Source: a virus (taxonomy: Duplodnaviria > Caudoviricetes). Taken from it: a DNA stretch of 64,000 nucleotides. Location of the stretch: IMG/VR virus record IMGVR_UViG_2936345690_000002; one strand, written 5' to 3'. This document shows positions 1 through 9,488 of this stretch, piece by piece. Made by a program: the position numbers and the translations under genes. The stretch's first letter is position 1; each line of letters begins with the position of its first letter. Below the pieces are notes generated by a model. That model was given only the letters and a program-made list of their open reading frames with translations. It was not told the origin of the DNA and searched no databases.

Positions 1-217
1 GGCTGCCTCAGTTAGTGGGCTGAAGGAACAGTCTGCTTACCTATATTAACGCGCAGCGGCGGCCGAGCAATAACCTGTTGCGCCAAAGGCGAATAACCCC
101 TAAGGTCGGCTATGCGACCGACACAAGCCGATTCCCTATGCTCCTGCGCGTAACCGCTGCCGGTCGGTCGCAAATCGCCATGCGGCGGTTACGCGGAGGG
201 GCAGATAGAGAGGCCAG

Positions 218-454
218 ATGAATGATGCAGTCAACCATCCGAAGCACTACAACAGCCACCCGTCTGGCGTAGAAGCGATCACGATCACCGAACACATGAA
301 CTTCAACGTGGGAAACGCCATGAAATATCTCTGGCGGTCTGATCATAAGAACGGCTTGGAGGATCTGAAGAAAGCGCGGTGGTACATCGACCGCGAGATT
401 CAGCGTCTGGAGGGTGCAGCGTCAGCGTCGGTTTCGGGCAATGCAGCCGCTTGA
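218..454 (+). CDS. DUF3310-family protein (T7 gp1.7/SaV-like nucleotide kinase family)
   Basis: DAVNHPKHY...GNAMKYLWR..HKNGLEDLKKARWY is the family signature; lies next to thyX. Confidence 0.85.
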   Translation: MNDAVNHPKHYNSHPSGVEAITITEHMNFNVGNAMKYLWRSDHKNGLEDLKKARWYIDREIQRLEGAASASVSGNAAA

Positions 455-1151
455 GAACGCGCGGATCGACGTTCTCGATCATGGGTTTGTCCGTCTGATT
501 GACGCGATGGGCTCCGATTTGTCGGTAGTGCGTGCCGCCCGCGTCAGCTATGACGCCGCCTGGCGTGCCGGTGAGGATCAGGGCAGTGATGCCCGGCTTA
601 TCCGCTATCTGTGGAAGAACCACCACACCACGCCGTTTGAAGCCGTCCAGTTCACGTTCGAGATCAAAGCACCGATCTTCGTGTTCCGCCAATGGCACCG
701 GCACCGCACCTGGAGCTACAACGAGCTGTCTGCCCGGTACCGGGAGTTGCCGGAAGAGTTCTATCTGCCGAAGCCAGATCTGATCGGCCAGCAATCGACC
801 AGCAGTAAGCAGGCCCGCGACATCGGCGATGCGACCGATGATATGCTCGAAGGGCGGCATCACCAGCTGATCCTCGCTCGGGAGGCGATGACGGCTTCCT
901 TTGAAGCCTACCGCCAGTTGCTCGCGGCTGGCTGGCCGCGCGAGCTTGCCCGCTCCGTGCTGCCAGTGGCGACCTACAGCCACATGTTCGCCAGCGTTGA
1001 CCTGCTGAACCTGCTCAAGTTCTTGACGCTGCGCTGCCACTCGCACGCCCAGTATGAGATCCGGGTCTATGCGGAGGCGATGCGGGAGCTGATCCAGCCG
1101 ATCGTGCCGGTCTGCGTGGCGGCGTGGGAGGAGGGGCGTCTTCTCACATGA
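441..1151 (+). CDS. thyX: FAD-dependent thymidylate synthase
   Basis: ThyX motif RHRTWSYNELSARY, plus AARVSY, HTTPFE and HAQYEIR; ATG 441 overlaps the upstream gene end. Confidence 0.95.
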   Translation: MQPLENARIDVLDHGFVRLIDAMGSDLSVVRAARVSYDAAWRAGEDQGSDARLIRYLWKNHHTTPFEAVQFTFEIKAPIFVFRQWHRHRTWSYNELSARYRELPEEFYLPKPDLIGQQSTSSKQARDIGDATDDMLEGRHHQLILAREAMTASFEAYRQLLAAGWPRELARSVLPVATYSHMFASVDLLNLLKFLTLRCHSHAQYEIRVYAEAMRELIQPIVPVCVAAWEEGRLLT

Positions 1152-1282
1152 AGGTTGTCAAAGGCTCTGCCTCGACCCCTTGCCGAAGCCTTGTCGATCT
1201 GGTATCAGGAGTGTTTGGAAGGATCGAAACGTGACGATAGCGTTCGAGCAATTCTGATTGTTTGATCCACCAGGGGGCGATC

Positions 1283-1681
1283 ATGGCGACTGTCGTCTTC
1301 GAGTTTTGGACTCCGAACTCCCCGCTTAGCGCGGGAACAGCGCACCCTCTCTACTTCTCGGTGATCTTCAACGGAAGCAATCTGGCCCGCTCAGATTTCG
1401 GGCAAACAGGTACCGGTCAACGCGCGGTGTTCGAGTATACCGTTCCAGATTCTGCAGGTGCAATCGTCTCGGCTGCAGTGCGTCTCGCGGGGCTCGCTCC
1501 CGAGGCCCCCGATAATTGGTTGCCGAATAGAGTTAAACTTACCTATGGAGGCGAAGTCTTAGTTGATACGCCATGGAACCTCCCTTTCGACGAACAGCAC
1601 CGCAGTCATGAAATATATCGACGGGCTTTCGACGCTCTTCGGGGCGCGGAAGAGTATGAGAAGTCCTCGTCTGAGGATTGA
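1283..1681 (+). CDS. hypothetical protein, possible PLAT/LH2-like beta-sandwich
   Basis: beta-rich; SAGT..PLYFSV and DNWLPNRVKL resemble PLAT motifs; RBS GGGGG; lower GC than flanks. Confidence 0.5.
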   Translation: MATVVFEFWTPNSPLSAGTAHPLYFSVIFNGSNLARSDFGQTGTGQRAVFEYTVPDSAGAIVSAAVRLAGLAPEAPDNWLPNRVKLTYGGEVLVDTPWNLPFDEQHRSHEIYRRAFDALRGAEEYEKSSSED

Positions 1682-1692
1682 TCTCTTTCCCC

Positions 1693-4600
1693 TCAAAACA
1701 GCCGCAGCTGCTCCCCGCTGCATTGACGGCGCTTTATCACGGCATGCGCGTGCCCATTCACCGGCTTCGGTGGTTCCGGCAACCTGATCTCCGCCGCTGC
1801 CGGCGGAACAATGGTCGGGGGCGGTTCCACCGTGGGAGGCTCCTCCTGCCTGAATTCGGCCACCTCCGCCGGTTCCACCTCCTGCCGCTTCGCCCGAATC
1901 CTCGCCGTCACCGGCGTTTCCGCGCGTGCCGCCTTCCGGGTCCCTACCCGCTGCGGTGCCGCCTCGACCGTGTTCCGCTCCCGTAAGACCTTGATCTGCT
2001 CCGCCAGACTGGCGACCGAGGATTTTTCCTCATCCCCTGCCTTCTCCGATAGCCCCGCCTTCAGCCGGTCGCGTAGTTCCGAAAGCTCTTCCTGGTAGGC
2101 GGCATGGGCGAATGGCAAGCCCAACCGGGATTCGTAATCCCTCAACTGGCCTTGCTTTACCGCAATATCGGCTTTGAGGCGGCGGCAATCGTAGTCGTAG
2201 CCATTCGCCAGCCGTTCCAGGGCGTTCAGCACGGCACGCGGGCCGGGGTTATCGCGCATCAGCGTCTCGCGGCACCGCACTGCGCCGTCCAGGTAGACCT
2301 CCGTGCCGCCGAGCGGGTGAAGGATGATTCCGCATTCCAGGCCGCGATAGGTGCCGAGCTTTGTGCGGTACGTCTCGCTCACCTTCTCCGGCATCTGCCC
2401 CATGCGCTTGCCGACCGCTTCCTGCGATGGAACGCCGTCATTGGCCGCCAGCGTCGCCTGGTCGGCCGTGAGGCCTTCCAGCCGCCTCTCCAGCCGCCTC
2501 TCCAGCCGCCGGATGTCGTCCGGCAAATCGCGCAGGTTCCGCCGGGCAAGGTACTGCTCGTCGCGGTGGTTCTTGTGCAGGATGGCCAGCCGTTGCAGCT
2601 CGGCATCGGCTTCGGCCAGCGTCAGCACGGCCGGGTTGCCGGAGGCGATGGCCTTCACCTCGGCATAGCTCAGCTCCTGCCCGCCGATATCCTCGGCTTT
2701 CCGCACGGCTGCCTCGCCGCTCATCACCTGGGCAATGAACCGGGCTTTCGTCTCGAGCGCCTGCCACATATATGCATCGAATGAACCCTCGGTGACGTAA
2801 CGGTAGATCGCCACTTCCGCGTTCTGATTGCCCTGCCGGAGAATCCGGCCTTCCCGCTGCTCCACCTCGGCCGGCTTCCACGGCGCGTCCAGGTGATGCA
2901 GGGCCACCAGCCGCTTCTGCACGTTGGTGCCGGTGCCCATCTTGGCCGTCGAGCCGATCAGCACGCGCACCGTGCCCTGGCGCACTTTCTCGAAGAGCAC
3001 CTGCTTCTTGGCGTCGGTGTCGGCATCGCCGACATTGGCGATCTGGTGCCGGGGGATGCCGCGCTCCACCAGCTTGGCTATCACTTCTTCGTAGGCGGAG
3101 AAGCACCAGGGCGTAGGGTTCACGCCCATGTCGCAAAAGATCATCTGCGTGCCGCGCGTCGCCTCGGTCTTTGCCCAGATGCGGGCGACGTTGGCGACCA
3201 GAGCGTTGATCTTCGAGCCAAGGAAATCCTCGCCCGGCTGGAGCATCCTGCCGTCCAGCGCCAGCTTGCGGCCGTCGGTGGTGATGGCGAGCGCGTTGTC
3301 TTCCCGCGGATCGACCTTCTCGTTGCGGATGCGGTCGTACCGCTCCACAAGCTTGGCCTGCAGCTCCTGCTGCTCTTCCGACATCGGGCAGGCTACGGTC
3401 TGCGGCTTGCCGCCTTCCAACGCCGGGCGCGGCAGGTCGAGCATCTCCGCCGTCTGCACGTCGGCGAAGGCGCGGAACATCTGGGTCAGTTCCGGCAGGT
3501 TGACGAACTTGGCGAAGCGGCTGCGAGGCCGGAGCGATGCGCCGTCGGGCGAAATCTCCATGGAATCCACCACCTCGCCGAAGGTAGCCGCCCAGCCGTC
3601 GAAATGATCGATGCCGCGTGAGCGCAGGCCTTCGGGGTCCAGATAGCGGCACTGGGTGTACATCTCCACCATCGAATTGCTGATCGGCGTACCCGAGGCG
3701 AACACCACGCCATGCCCCGGATGCTGCTCGCTCAGGTAGCGGGCTTTCATGTAGAGGTCGAACGCCCGCTCGCTGCCGCCGGTCTGGATGCCCGCCACCC
3801 GATCCATCTTGGTCGGTGTTTCGAGGTTTTTGCCGGCCTGGCTTTCGTCGTAGAAAATCTGGTCGACGCCCAGCTCGTCGAACACCAGCCCGTCATCCTT
3901 CTTATCCTCGGCCAGCAGGTTCTTCAGCTTCTCCTCGCGGGCGGCTTTCTGCTTCTCCAGGCTCTTGATGATGTTGCGGCCGTGGGATGCCTTATCGACC
4001 AGCAGGGATTCGTACTCCGCGATCTGCTCGCGCAGGAACCGCTCCTGAAATTCGCGACTCATGCCGATCCGCTCAAACGAGCTGTGCGTGACGATCACCG
4101 CGTCCCAATCGCCGGTGGCAATCTTGGCTGTCAGGGCTTTGCGCCGCTCGCGCGTGAAGTCGTCTTTGCCGGCCACGAGCAGCTTGGCGTTCGGGTAGAG
4201 CTGCATGAACTCGCGGGAGAATTGCTCGAGCATGTGGTTGGGCAGACAGTAAAGCGGCTTTTTGATAATTCCTGCCTGCTTCATTTTCATGCCAGCCGCA
4301 CACATTTCGTATGTGTTATGCGTTACGATAAAATCGTCGGTCACGTAGAGCCTTGAGGGGTGGGCTACCGAGATACACTGGCATGGTTCGATTCCGTCCG
4401 GTTCGATGGAAACAATACATTTTTTCAAAGAACGGCGTTTGCCTACCGATTCATTCCACGCTTTAACCTTCCTTGGGAGCTTGAAGGGCGGCGCTTTCCC
4501 GGGAATCTTTATGTCCACCCTAAATTTTACGCTTCCCGGGGTCGCGCCTTCGCCAACATGCTTGTGTGCCACCCCGCCCAAGCTGCGGACAAGGGTTACC

Positions 4601-7600
4601 ATGTCGGTCGCCAGTTGAGCAGAATAGCTGGTGAACCTGGCTGTTCTCCCGCACATCCCTCCATCGGCGTCCATCAAGCCTTGCACCAATGCGAAGCGGG
4701 AATCGGCATCGGCCCATAAGTATGGATCTGGGATGAATTTCTCGGGGCTTTTATGCCCCCATAGCCCGAGGTCGCGCAGGATTTGATTCAGAGGATTGGG
4801 GCGGACACCTCCACCCACTAACCAGGCCACTGGACACTTCGGCGGCTTCGACCATGTCTTCGCAGTGATGCCGACCGGCAGTCGAAGGAATTCCAGCTGC
4901 ACCGCCTCTGGAAGGGCAAGCTGAACCGAGAATTGACGGAACGATGCGTTCCCAATGAGAACCCCAAGCGTATAGGGATCGAGCGGCAGCTTTGGACTTT
5001 GAAACTCAATCTGGCCGACAATTGGGACGTAGTGCCGTTGGCCGATCGTTCGCGCAATTTCATCGGTTGTGCGAACCTTCGGCTGGCCCTTGACGGTCAC
5101 ATGCCCGTTGGCTTGTGCCTCTCGCCATGTCTGCCGCTCCTTGCTGGTCTGGGTCAGCCAAAGGTGTTCCCCGCAAGCTCTGGTCGATGCTCCATCAGAG
5201 AAAGCGACTCGAAAGACGGACTTTTCACCCTGCGGATAAACGCCCGTTACTTGCGTGACCGTACCGTCGCCAGCGATCACATCATCTCCCACTCGCAAAT
5301 TCCCCATGCGCGCCCAGCCTGTAGGCGTCAGCACTTTGGCATCCAGAGGCTGAGCTTTCCCCGCCCCGACGCAATGCGCCAGCAGCGTATTCCCGGCGGT
5401 CATGCACCGCCACACCGCGTCGACCTGGTGCGGCTTCAGCGTGATCGCCTGGCTCATCCCCGGAAAATCCAGGTGCGAGCCGTCGAACAGGCGGGGCCGC
5501 AGGTTGTTGTAGGTGTCGTTGTAATCGCGCACCAGCCTCTCGGTGCGATCGGGGTCGGCGAAGACCCAGCTTTTGAATTTCTCCTTGATCAGCTTCTGCT
5601 TCTCGCGTGCGGCCTGCGTCTCTTCCGGGTTCAGCACCCGCTCATCGCCATTCACGCCGCGCACCGTGTCGAAGATGACCGGCGTCTTCAGGTTCAGCGC
5701 CAGCCCGAGCAGCTCGGTGCCGTTGATGCGGCCGGTGCCGTAGTCGGCGGTGGCGGCGACCGAGCTGATAGCACGGTAATCCGGCTCCACGCTCCACACG
5801 GCATCCTTCTTCAGGTGGCCGATCGTAAAGGCTTCCGGCGGCACGTTGAATAGCTCGGCGGCAAACGCCCGGATGTCCGTGGCCGGTATCCACGGCGCGC
5901 CGAGATTGGCGTCGATATCGCCCGGTAGCACGTCTTCCGGCTGCACCTGGCGGAGTGCCTTGGCGTTGTTCGCATAAGCGGGTCCTGCGGCTTCCGCGAT
6001 CTTCAGCTTCTCGCGGACGTTGCCTGATAAATACTGGTCGGCGGTCTGCAATTCCTTGGTCGCTGGGTCGTGATAGATCAGGTCGCCCAGCTCGCTGATG
6101 ATGATCGCACCCGGCTTCCCGTAGAGCTGATTGATGTAGCCGATGTCAACGCAGCCTTTCTCATTGAGCGACACCAGCAACCCCTCTTCGGCGCTGGTGA
6201 CGTGCGTGACCGGCGGCTTTGGGCCGACCACATCCCGCTTCAGGATGGCCGCTTTCACCGCCTTGCCGGTCGCTTCGTCGTATTCCTCCAGGCTCATCAC
6301 CAGCATGGCGTCCGGGTCTTCGCGGTATTTGACCAGGTTCGGCATGCGGCGGATCTGCGTGCCGTCCTTGGTTTCGCTGAGCGTAGTCTTGTTGATCGGG
6401 CCGTAGGCGGCCACGAAGCGGTCATAGGCGCGGTTGAGCTGGTGGCGTTCGGTTTCGCGGGCGGCTTCCGGCCAGCCTTCGTTCTGGCTCTGGAGTACGC
6501 GGCGGGCGGCATCGCGCAAGCCGATCAGCCCGGCGATGCGCTTACCGGTCATGGTGCCGTCGGCTTTGAGCAGCGTGCCGCCGTAGGTAACCGGCTCGGC
6601 CTGGCTGTTGACGACCTGGTGGATCACCTTATCATCGCCGACGAACAGGCTGCTCTCGCCGATGTGCCGGAGCGGCGGCGGCGGTGTGAAGGAGGGTCTG
6701 GCAGATTCTAAAGGGGTCGAATTCGACCGGTTTGGAATTGGCGGCGGATTCGGTCTCTCCGCTTCCGACTGCATCACGCCGGGCAATCGGCCTATCGCCT
6801 CCCGCAACTGCTCGCGCAGATCTCCATTGGCAATGACCGAAAACCCGGAGCCGTAGAGCGTGTCCTTGCGGCTCCAGTCGCCCAGCACCATCTCGTGGTG
6901 GTTGCAGAAGTAGCGGTTGACCGGCAAATCCGCCCCGTCGATGCCGAGGACGGAGGTTTCCAGCCATTCGGGATCGGCGTGGTTCGGCTCCTGCCCCGGT
7001 ACCCGCTTGCGGAGGAACAGGATATCGGTGGTAACCGCCGTACCTTCGGCCTTGAACGCCGTGGACGGCAAGCGGATGGCGCCAAGTAAGTCGGCCTGCT
7101 CCGCGATCAGCTCCCGGGCCGCCGCATTCTGCTTGTCGAGCGTGTAGTGGCTAGTGACCACCGCCAGCACGCCGCCGGGCTTGAGGGCTTCGACCGATCT
7201 GGCGATGAAATAGTCGTGCAGGGAGAGCTTCTGCCCGTGGAAATCGAGGTGGATGTCGGCGAAGGGCACGTTGCCGATTACCGCGTCCAGCGGCGGCAGC
7301 TTCGTGTCGCGGAAATTCTCGATGCGAATATCGGCCTGCGGGTGGAGCGCGCGGGCGATGCGGCCGGAGAGGGAATCCAGCTCCACGCCGATGAACCGCT
7401 GGCCGGGCTTGGCCTGCGCCATGAAATTGCCGACCCCGCACCCCGGCTCCAGCACAACGCCATTATCGGGCACGCCCAGCTGCTCCAGCGCTTCGTGCAT
7501 CGCCGACATGACGACCGGCGCGGTGAAGAACTGGCTGAACGTCGTGCGCCTGGCTGAGTCGTATTCCTCCGGCGTGAGCAGCGATTGCAGCTCCTGGCCG

Positions 7601-7980
7601 ATTGCCTCCCAGCCTTCCTTGAACTGTTTGGTGACCGGGTTCGGGAAGATCGAGAGCGCCACCGGGCCGAAACCGCCGAAGCGGGCAAGTATGTCTAGTT
7701 CATCGGTAGTGGCTAGCCGGTGCTCCCGCTCGATGGTTTTCAGCGTGCGGATGGCGGCCAGGATGTCGCGGGCCTTGCCCTTCTCGCCGCTGGCCGGTGC
7801 CGGCGTGGAGACGGGCGTGGGCTCTAGCTGTTTTGGTGGCTCAGCTGGCGTGCCGAACATCGGCAGCAGCGTCTGGCCGCGCGAGGCGGTGACGCGGGAG
7901 GCGTGCGACTGATGGCCGTTGCTGCGGGGAGGGAAGCGGTCGGCGAAAAGGTCGGGGCGGCGGGAAGAATCCAGGGGCAT
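1693..7980 (-). CDS. giant N6-adenine DNA methylase / SNF2-family helicase fusion (DarB-like, ICE/plasmid type), intein-containing
   Basis: LEPGCGVG (SAM binding), GNVPF (motif IV), Walker A HCVGAGK|T split by an intein, YDESQ, SGTPISNS, MGTGTNVQ, EQREGRILRQGN; true start may be downstream of 7980. Confidence 0.92.
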   Translation of the reverse strand: MPLDSSRRPDLFADRFPPRSNGHQSHASRVTASRGQTLLPMFGTPAEPPKQLEPTPVSTPAPASGEKGKARDILAAIRTLKTIEREHRLATTDELDILARFGGFGPVALSIFPNPVTKQFKEGWEAIGQELQSLLTPEEYDSARRTTFSQFFTAPVVMSAMHEALEQLGVPDNGVVLEPGCGVGNFMAQAKPGQRFIGVELDSLSGRIARALHPQADIRIENFRDTKLPPLDAVIGNVPFADIHLDFHGQKLSLHDYFIARSVEALKPGGVLAVVTSHYTLDKQNAAARELIAEQADLLGAIRLPSTAFKAEGTAVTTDILFLRKRVPGQEPNHADPEWLETSVLGIDGADLPVNRYFCNHHEMVLGDWSRKDTLYGSGFSVIANGDLREQLREAIGRLPGVMQSEAERPNPPPIPNRSNSTPLESARPSFTPPPPLRHIGESSLFVGDDKVIHQVVNSQAEPVTYGGTLLKADGTMTGKRIAGLIGLRDAARRVLQSQNEGWPEAARETERHQLNRAYDRFVAAYGPINKTTLSETKDGTQIRRMPNLVKYREDPDAMLVMSLEEYDEATGKAVKAAILKRDVVGPKPPVTHVTSAEEGLLVSLNEKGCVDIGYINQLYGKPGAIIISELGDLIYHDPATKELQTADQYLSGNVREKLKIAEAAGPAYANNAKALRQVQPEDVLPGDIDANLGAPWIPATDIRAFAAELFNVPPEAFTIGHLKKDAVWSVEPDYRAISSVAATADYGTGRINGTELLGLALNLKTPVIFDTVRGVNGDERVLNPEETQAAREKQKLIKEKFKSWVFADPDRTERLVRDYNDTYNNLRPRLFDGSHLDFPGMSQAITLKPHQVDAVWRCMTAGNTLLAHCVGAGKAQPLDAKVLTPTGWARMGNLRVGDDVIAGDGTVTQVTGVYPQGEKSVFRVAFSDGASTRACGEHLWLTQTSKERQTWREAQANGHVTVKGQPKVRTTDEIARTIGQRHYVPIVGQIEFQSPKLPLDPYTLGVLIGNASFRQFSVQLALPEAVQLEFLRLPVGITAKTWSKPPKCPVAWLVGGGVRPNPLNQILRDLGLWGHKSPEKFIPDPYLWADADSRFALVQGLMDADGGMCGRTARFTSYSAQLATDMVTLVRSLGGVAHKHVGEGATPGSVKFRVDIKIPGKAPPFKLPRKVKAWNESVGKRRSLKKCIVSIEPDGIEPCQCISVAHPSRLYVTDDFIVTHNTYEMCAAGMKMKQAGIIKKPLYCLPNHMLEQFSREFMQLYPNAKLLVAGKDDFTRERRKALTAKIATGDWDAVIVTHSSFERIGMSREFQERFLREQIAEYESLLVDKASHGRNIIKSLEKQKAAREEKLKNLLAEDKKDDGLVFDELGVDQIFYDESQAGKNLETPTKMDRVAGIQTGGSERAFDLYMKARYLSEQHPGHGVVFASGTPISNSMVEMYTQCRYLDPEGLRSRGIDHFDGWAATFGEVVDSMEISPDGASLRPRSRFAKFVNLPELTQMFRAFADVQTAEMLDLPRPALEGGKPQTVACPMSEEQQELQAKLVERYDRIRNEKVDPREDNALAITTDGRKLALDGRMLQPGEDFLGSKINALVANVARIWAKTEATRGTQMIFCDMGVNPTPWCFSAYEEVIAKLVERGIPRHQIANVGDADTDAKKQVLFEKVRQGTVRVLIGSTAKMGTGTNVQKRLVALHHLDAPWKPAEVEQREGRILRQGNQNAEVAIYRYVTEGSFDAYMWQALETKARFIAQVMSGEAAVRKAEDIGGQELSYAEVKAIASGNPAVLTLAEADAELQRLAILHKNHRDEQYLARRNLRDLPDDIRRLERRLERRLEGLTADQATLAANDGVPSQEAVGKRMGQMPEKVSETYRTKLGTYRGLECGIILHPLGGTEVYLDGAVRCRETLMRDNPGPRAVLNALERLANGYDYDCRRLKADIAVKQGQLRDYESRLGLPFAHAAYQEELSELRDRLKAGLSEKAGDEEKSSVASLAEQIKVLRERNTVEAAPQRVGTRKAARAETPVTARIRAKRQEVEPAEVAEFRQEEPPTVEPPPTIVPPAAAEIRLPEPPKPVNGHAHAVIKRRQCSGEQLRLF
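4315..5355 (-). mobile_element. class-3-type intein (347 aa) with LAGLIDADG endonuclease domain, in the helicase Walker A
   Basis: starts AQPLDAKVLTPTGW after GAGK and ends VTHN before T; block B EHLW, block F QCISV; LAGLIDADG-like LGVLIGNAS and VQGLMDADG; lower GC than host gene. Confidence 0.92.
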
Positions 7981-8089
7981 GCGGGGCGTTGACGCTTAAT
8001 CGTTAATGTTCAACGCAGTATCCCGAAAAATGCAGGAATATCAATCAATAAGTTGACGAGTTGACCATAATTCTTGAAGGGCTCACTCT

Positions 8090-8149
8090 GGGTGGGATGG
8101 CCGCCGAGTGGAGCGCAGCGAACGCTCAAGCGAGGCGACTAGCCCACCC
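8090..8149. other. branched hairpin containing a GCGCAGC mini-hairpin
   Basis: GGGTGGG (8090-8096) pairs with CCCACCC (8143-8149); inner GAGTG/CGCTC stem; intergenic. Confidence 0.5.
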
Positions 8150-8192
8150 ACCGCTTTCCGGGTAAAATCGCCCTCCACACGGAGGGTTTGCC

Positions 8193-8399
8193 ATGCAAGC
8201 GACCACGCTATCCGAAGCCGCCGCTGATCTGCTCAAGCGCCGCCTGGCGGGGGAGCGGGTCGAAGTGACCGAGGAAAACCGCTCGCTCTACCGGGAGCTG
8301 GTGACCGCCGGGCTGGCGATTCCGCTTCATAGTTTTGCTCGCGGAAACGAGGGGCATTTCCGGCTCACAGAAGCCGCTTGCGCTTTGAGAGAAGCCTGA
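8193..8399 (+). CDS. hypothetical protein (possible winged-helix)
   Basis: RBS GGAGG upstream; 68 aa; LYRELVTAGL...FRLT. Confidence 0.65.
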   Translation: MQATTLSEAAADLLKRRLAGERVEVTEENRSLYRELVTAGLAIPLHSFARGNEGHFRLTEAACALREA

Positions 8400-8410
8400 T
8401 AAGTTGGAAA

Positions 8411-8585
8411 AGCTGCGGCGGCGTGGGAAGCAGACACGCAAGCTGACGGGCTGGGGCGCATGAGTCCGGGGTATGGACGCGCCTGCCGATAGGTCTGGGC
8501 GGGCAATGCCGACGCAGGGCTGGCACATGAAACTGGGGGTTCGAATCCCTCCATGCCTTGCCGGAGTAGCGACCGGCCCGCAGCT
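8411..8585 (+). ncRNA. tRNA-like structured RNA with a second, internal T-arm
   Basis: AGCTGCGG/CCGCAGCT closing stem; D-like arm GCGTG-GGAAGCAGA-CACGC; terminal arm GCCGG-AGTAGCGA-CCGGC; internal GGGGG-TTCGAAT-CCCTC. Confidence 0.6.
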
Positions 8586-9045
8586 AACGGCCACGCCATC
8601 CGGCTTCCATCCTTCTCAGCAGCTCCCTCGCCGCGTAGCTGATCGGCAGGTTCGTCTCCGGTGCGGCGATGAGCGCCAGCTCGTGATCCCCGTATTCGTG
8701 TTCGGCCAGTTCGTGGGCGATGATGGCCTGCGCCCGGTCTTGCAGCTGGGTCTTCTGCCAGATCCGTTGCGTGGCTTCGTCGTAGTTCGCGGTCAGCAGC
8801 TCCGGGTTCATCAAACCGGAATCCAGCGTCACCTGCCCGGCGGGTGAGATCGTTCCGCCTTCCCGGTCGCCTGGGAAGAAGGTGTGGTGCTCGCTCCGCC
8901 TGTCCGGGTCGCGGGCACCCATCTGATGGTTGGACAAGCCCAGATCGAGCATCGCCTGCCCGGCGACGATATCCAGGTCCTCCGCATAGCGTTGGCTGAA
9001 ATCCTCGGCGTGGTCTGCGGGATCGGTGGGCGGCTTTTCGGTCAT
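8584..9045 (-). CDS. hypothetical protein with a zincin-like His-Glu motif
   Basis: AIIAHELAEHEYGDH; 153 aa. Confidence 0.6.
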   Translation of the reverse strand: MTEKPPTDPADHAEDFSQRYAEDLDIVAGQAMLDLGLSNHQMGARDPDRRSEHHTFFPGDREGGTISPAGQVTLDSGLMNPELLTANYDEATQRIWQKTQLQDRAQAIIAHELAEHEYGDHELALIAAPETNLPISYAARELLRRMEAGWRGR

Positions 9046-9054
9046 CGGGTGAGA

Positions 9055-9339
9055 TTAGCTCACCGGCTGCTCCTGCGCAACCACGGGCTTGGGCTTTACC
9101 GGGTTCTTCCGCAGGCTGACCAGCCCTTTCAGGATGGCCACGCGGCTGAGCTTGGGGGCGGAGAGCCGCTTCCTGACTTCCGAGCAGTAATCGTCGGCCT
9201 GGTGCCGGGTGAAAGCCAGGTTTTCGTCAGTCCAGTCGGCGTACTTTTCGCGCTTTACCTCCGCAAGCACGCGGCGGAATTCTTCGACCGTGCCCGTGTA
9301 GCCCATCTCCGCAAGCTGCTCGGCGACTCGCTTCTTCAC
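9055..9339 (-). CDS. hypothetical protein
   Basis: RBS AGGAGG before GTG; co-oriented with the next ORF. Confidence 0.7.
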   Translation of the reverse strand: MKKRVAEQLAEMGYTGTVEEFRRVLAEVKREKYADWTDENLAFTRHQADDYCSEVRKRLSAPKLSRVAILKGLVSLRKNPVKPKPVVAQEQPVS

Positions 9340-9488
9340 GACTGAGCCTCCTGAATAAAGGTGCGCTAATATTGTAGCGCTAGTGATCCTCTAATCAATA
9401 CTTGCGCTTGCATATTTCAAAGAAAAGGCCGCTTGCGCTCGCGCACAAAACAGCCTAATCTCCTTCTTGTCTAGAGAAGGAGTTTAGC

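Noticed and set aside
2478-2510. 12-bp tandem repeat encoding RRLERRLERRLE
   Set aside because: An in-frame slippage duplication in a coiled coil, or an assembly artefact; no sign of function.
8521-8560. Canonical tRNA gene or attP tRNA fragment
   Set aside because: The T-arm is present but there is no matching anticodon arm, no CCA and no integrase nearby; reported instead as part of a larger tRNA-like structure.
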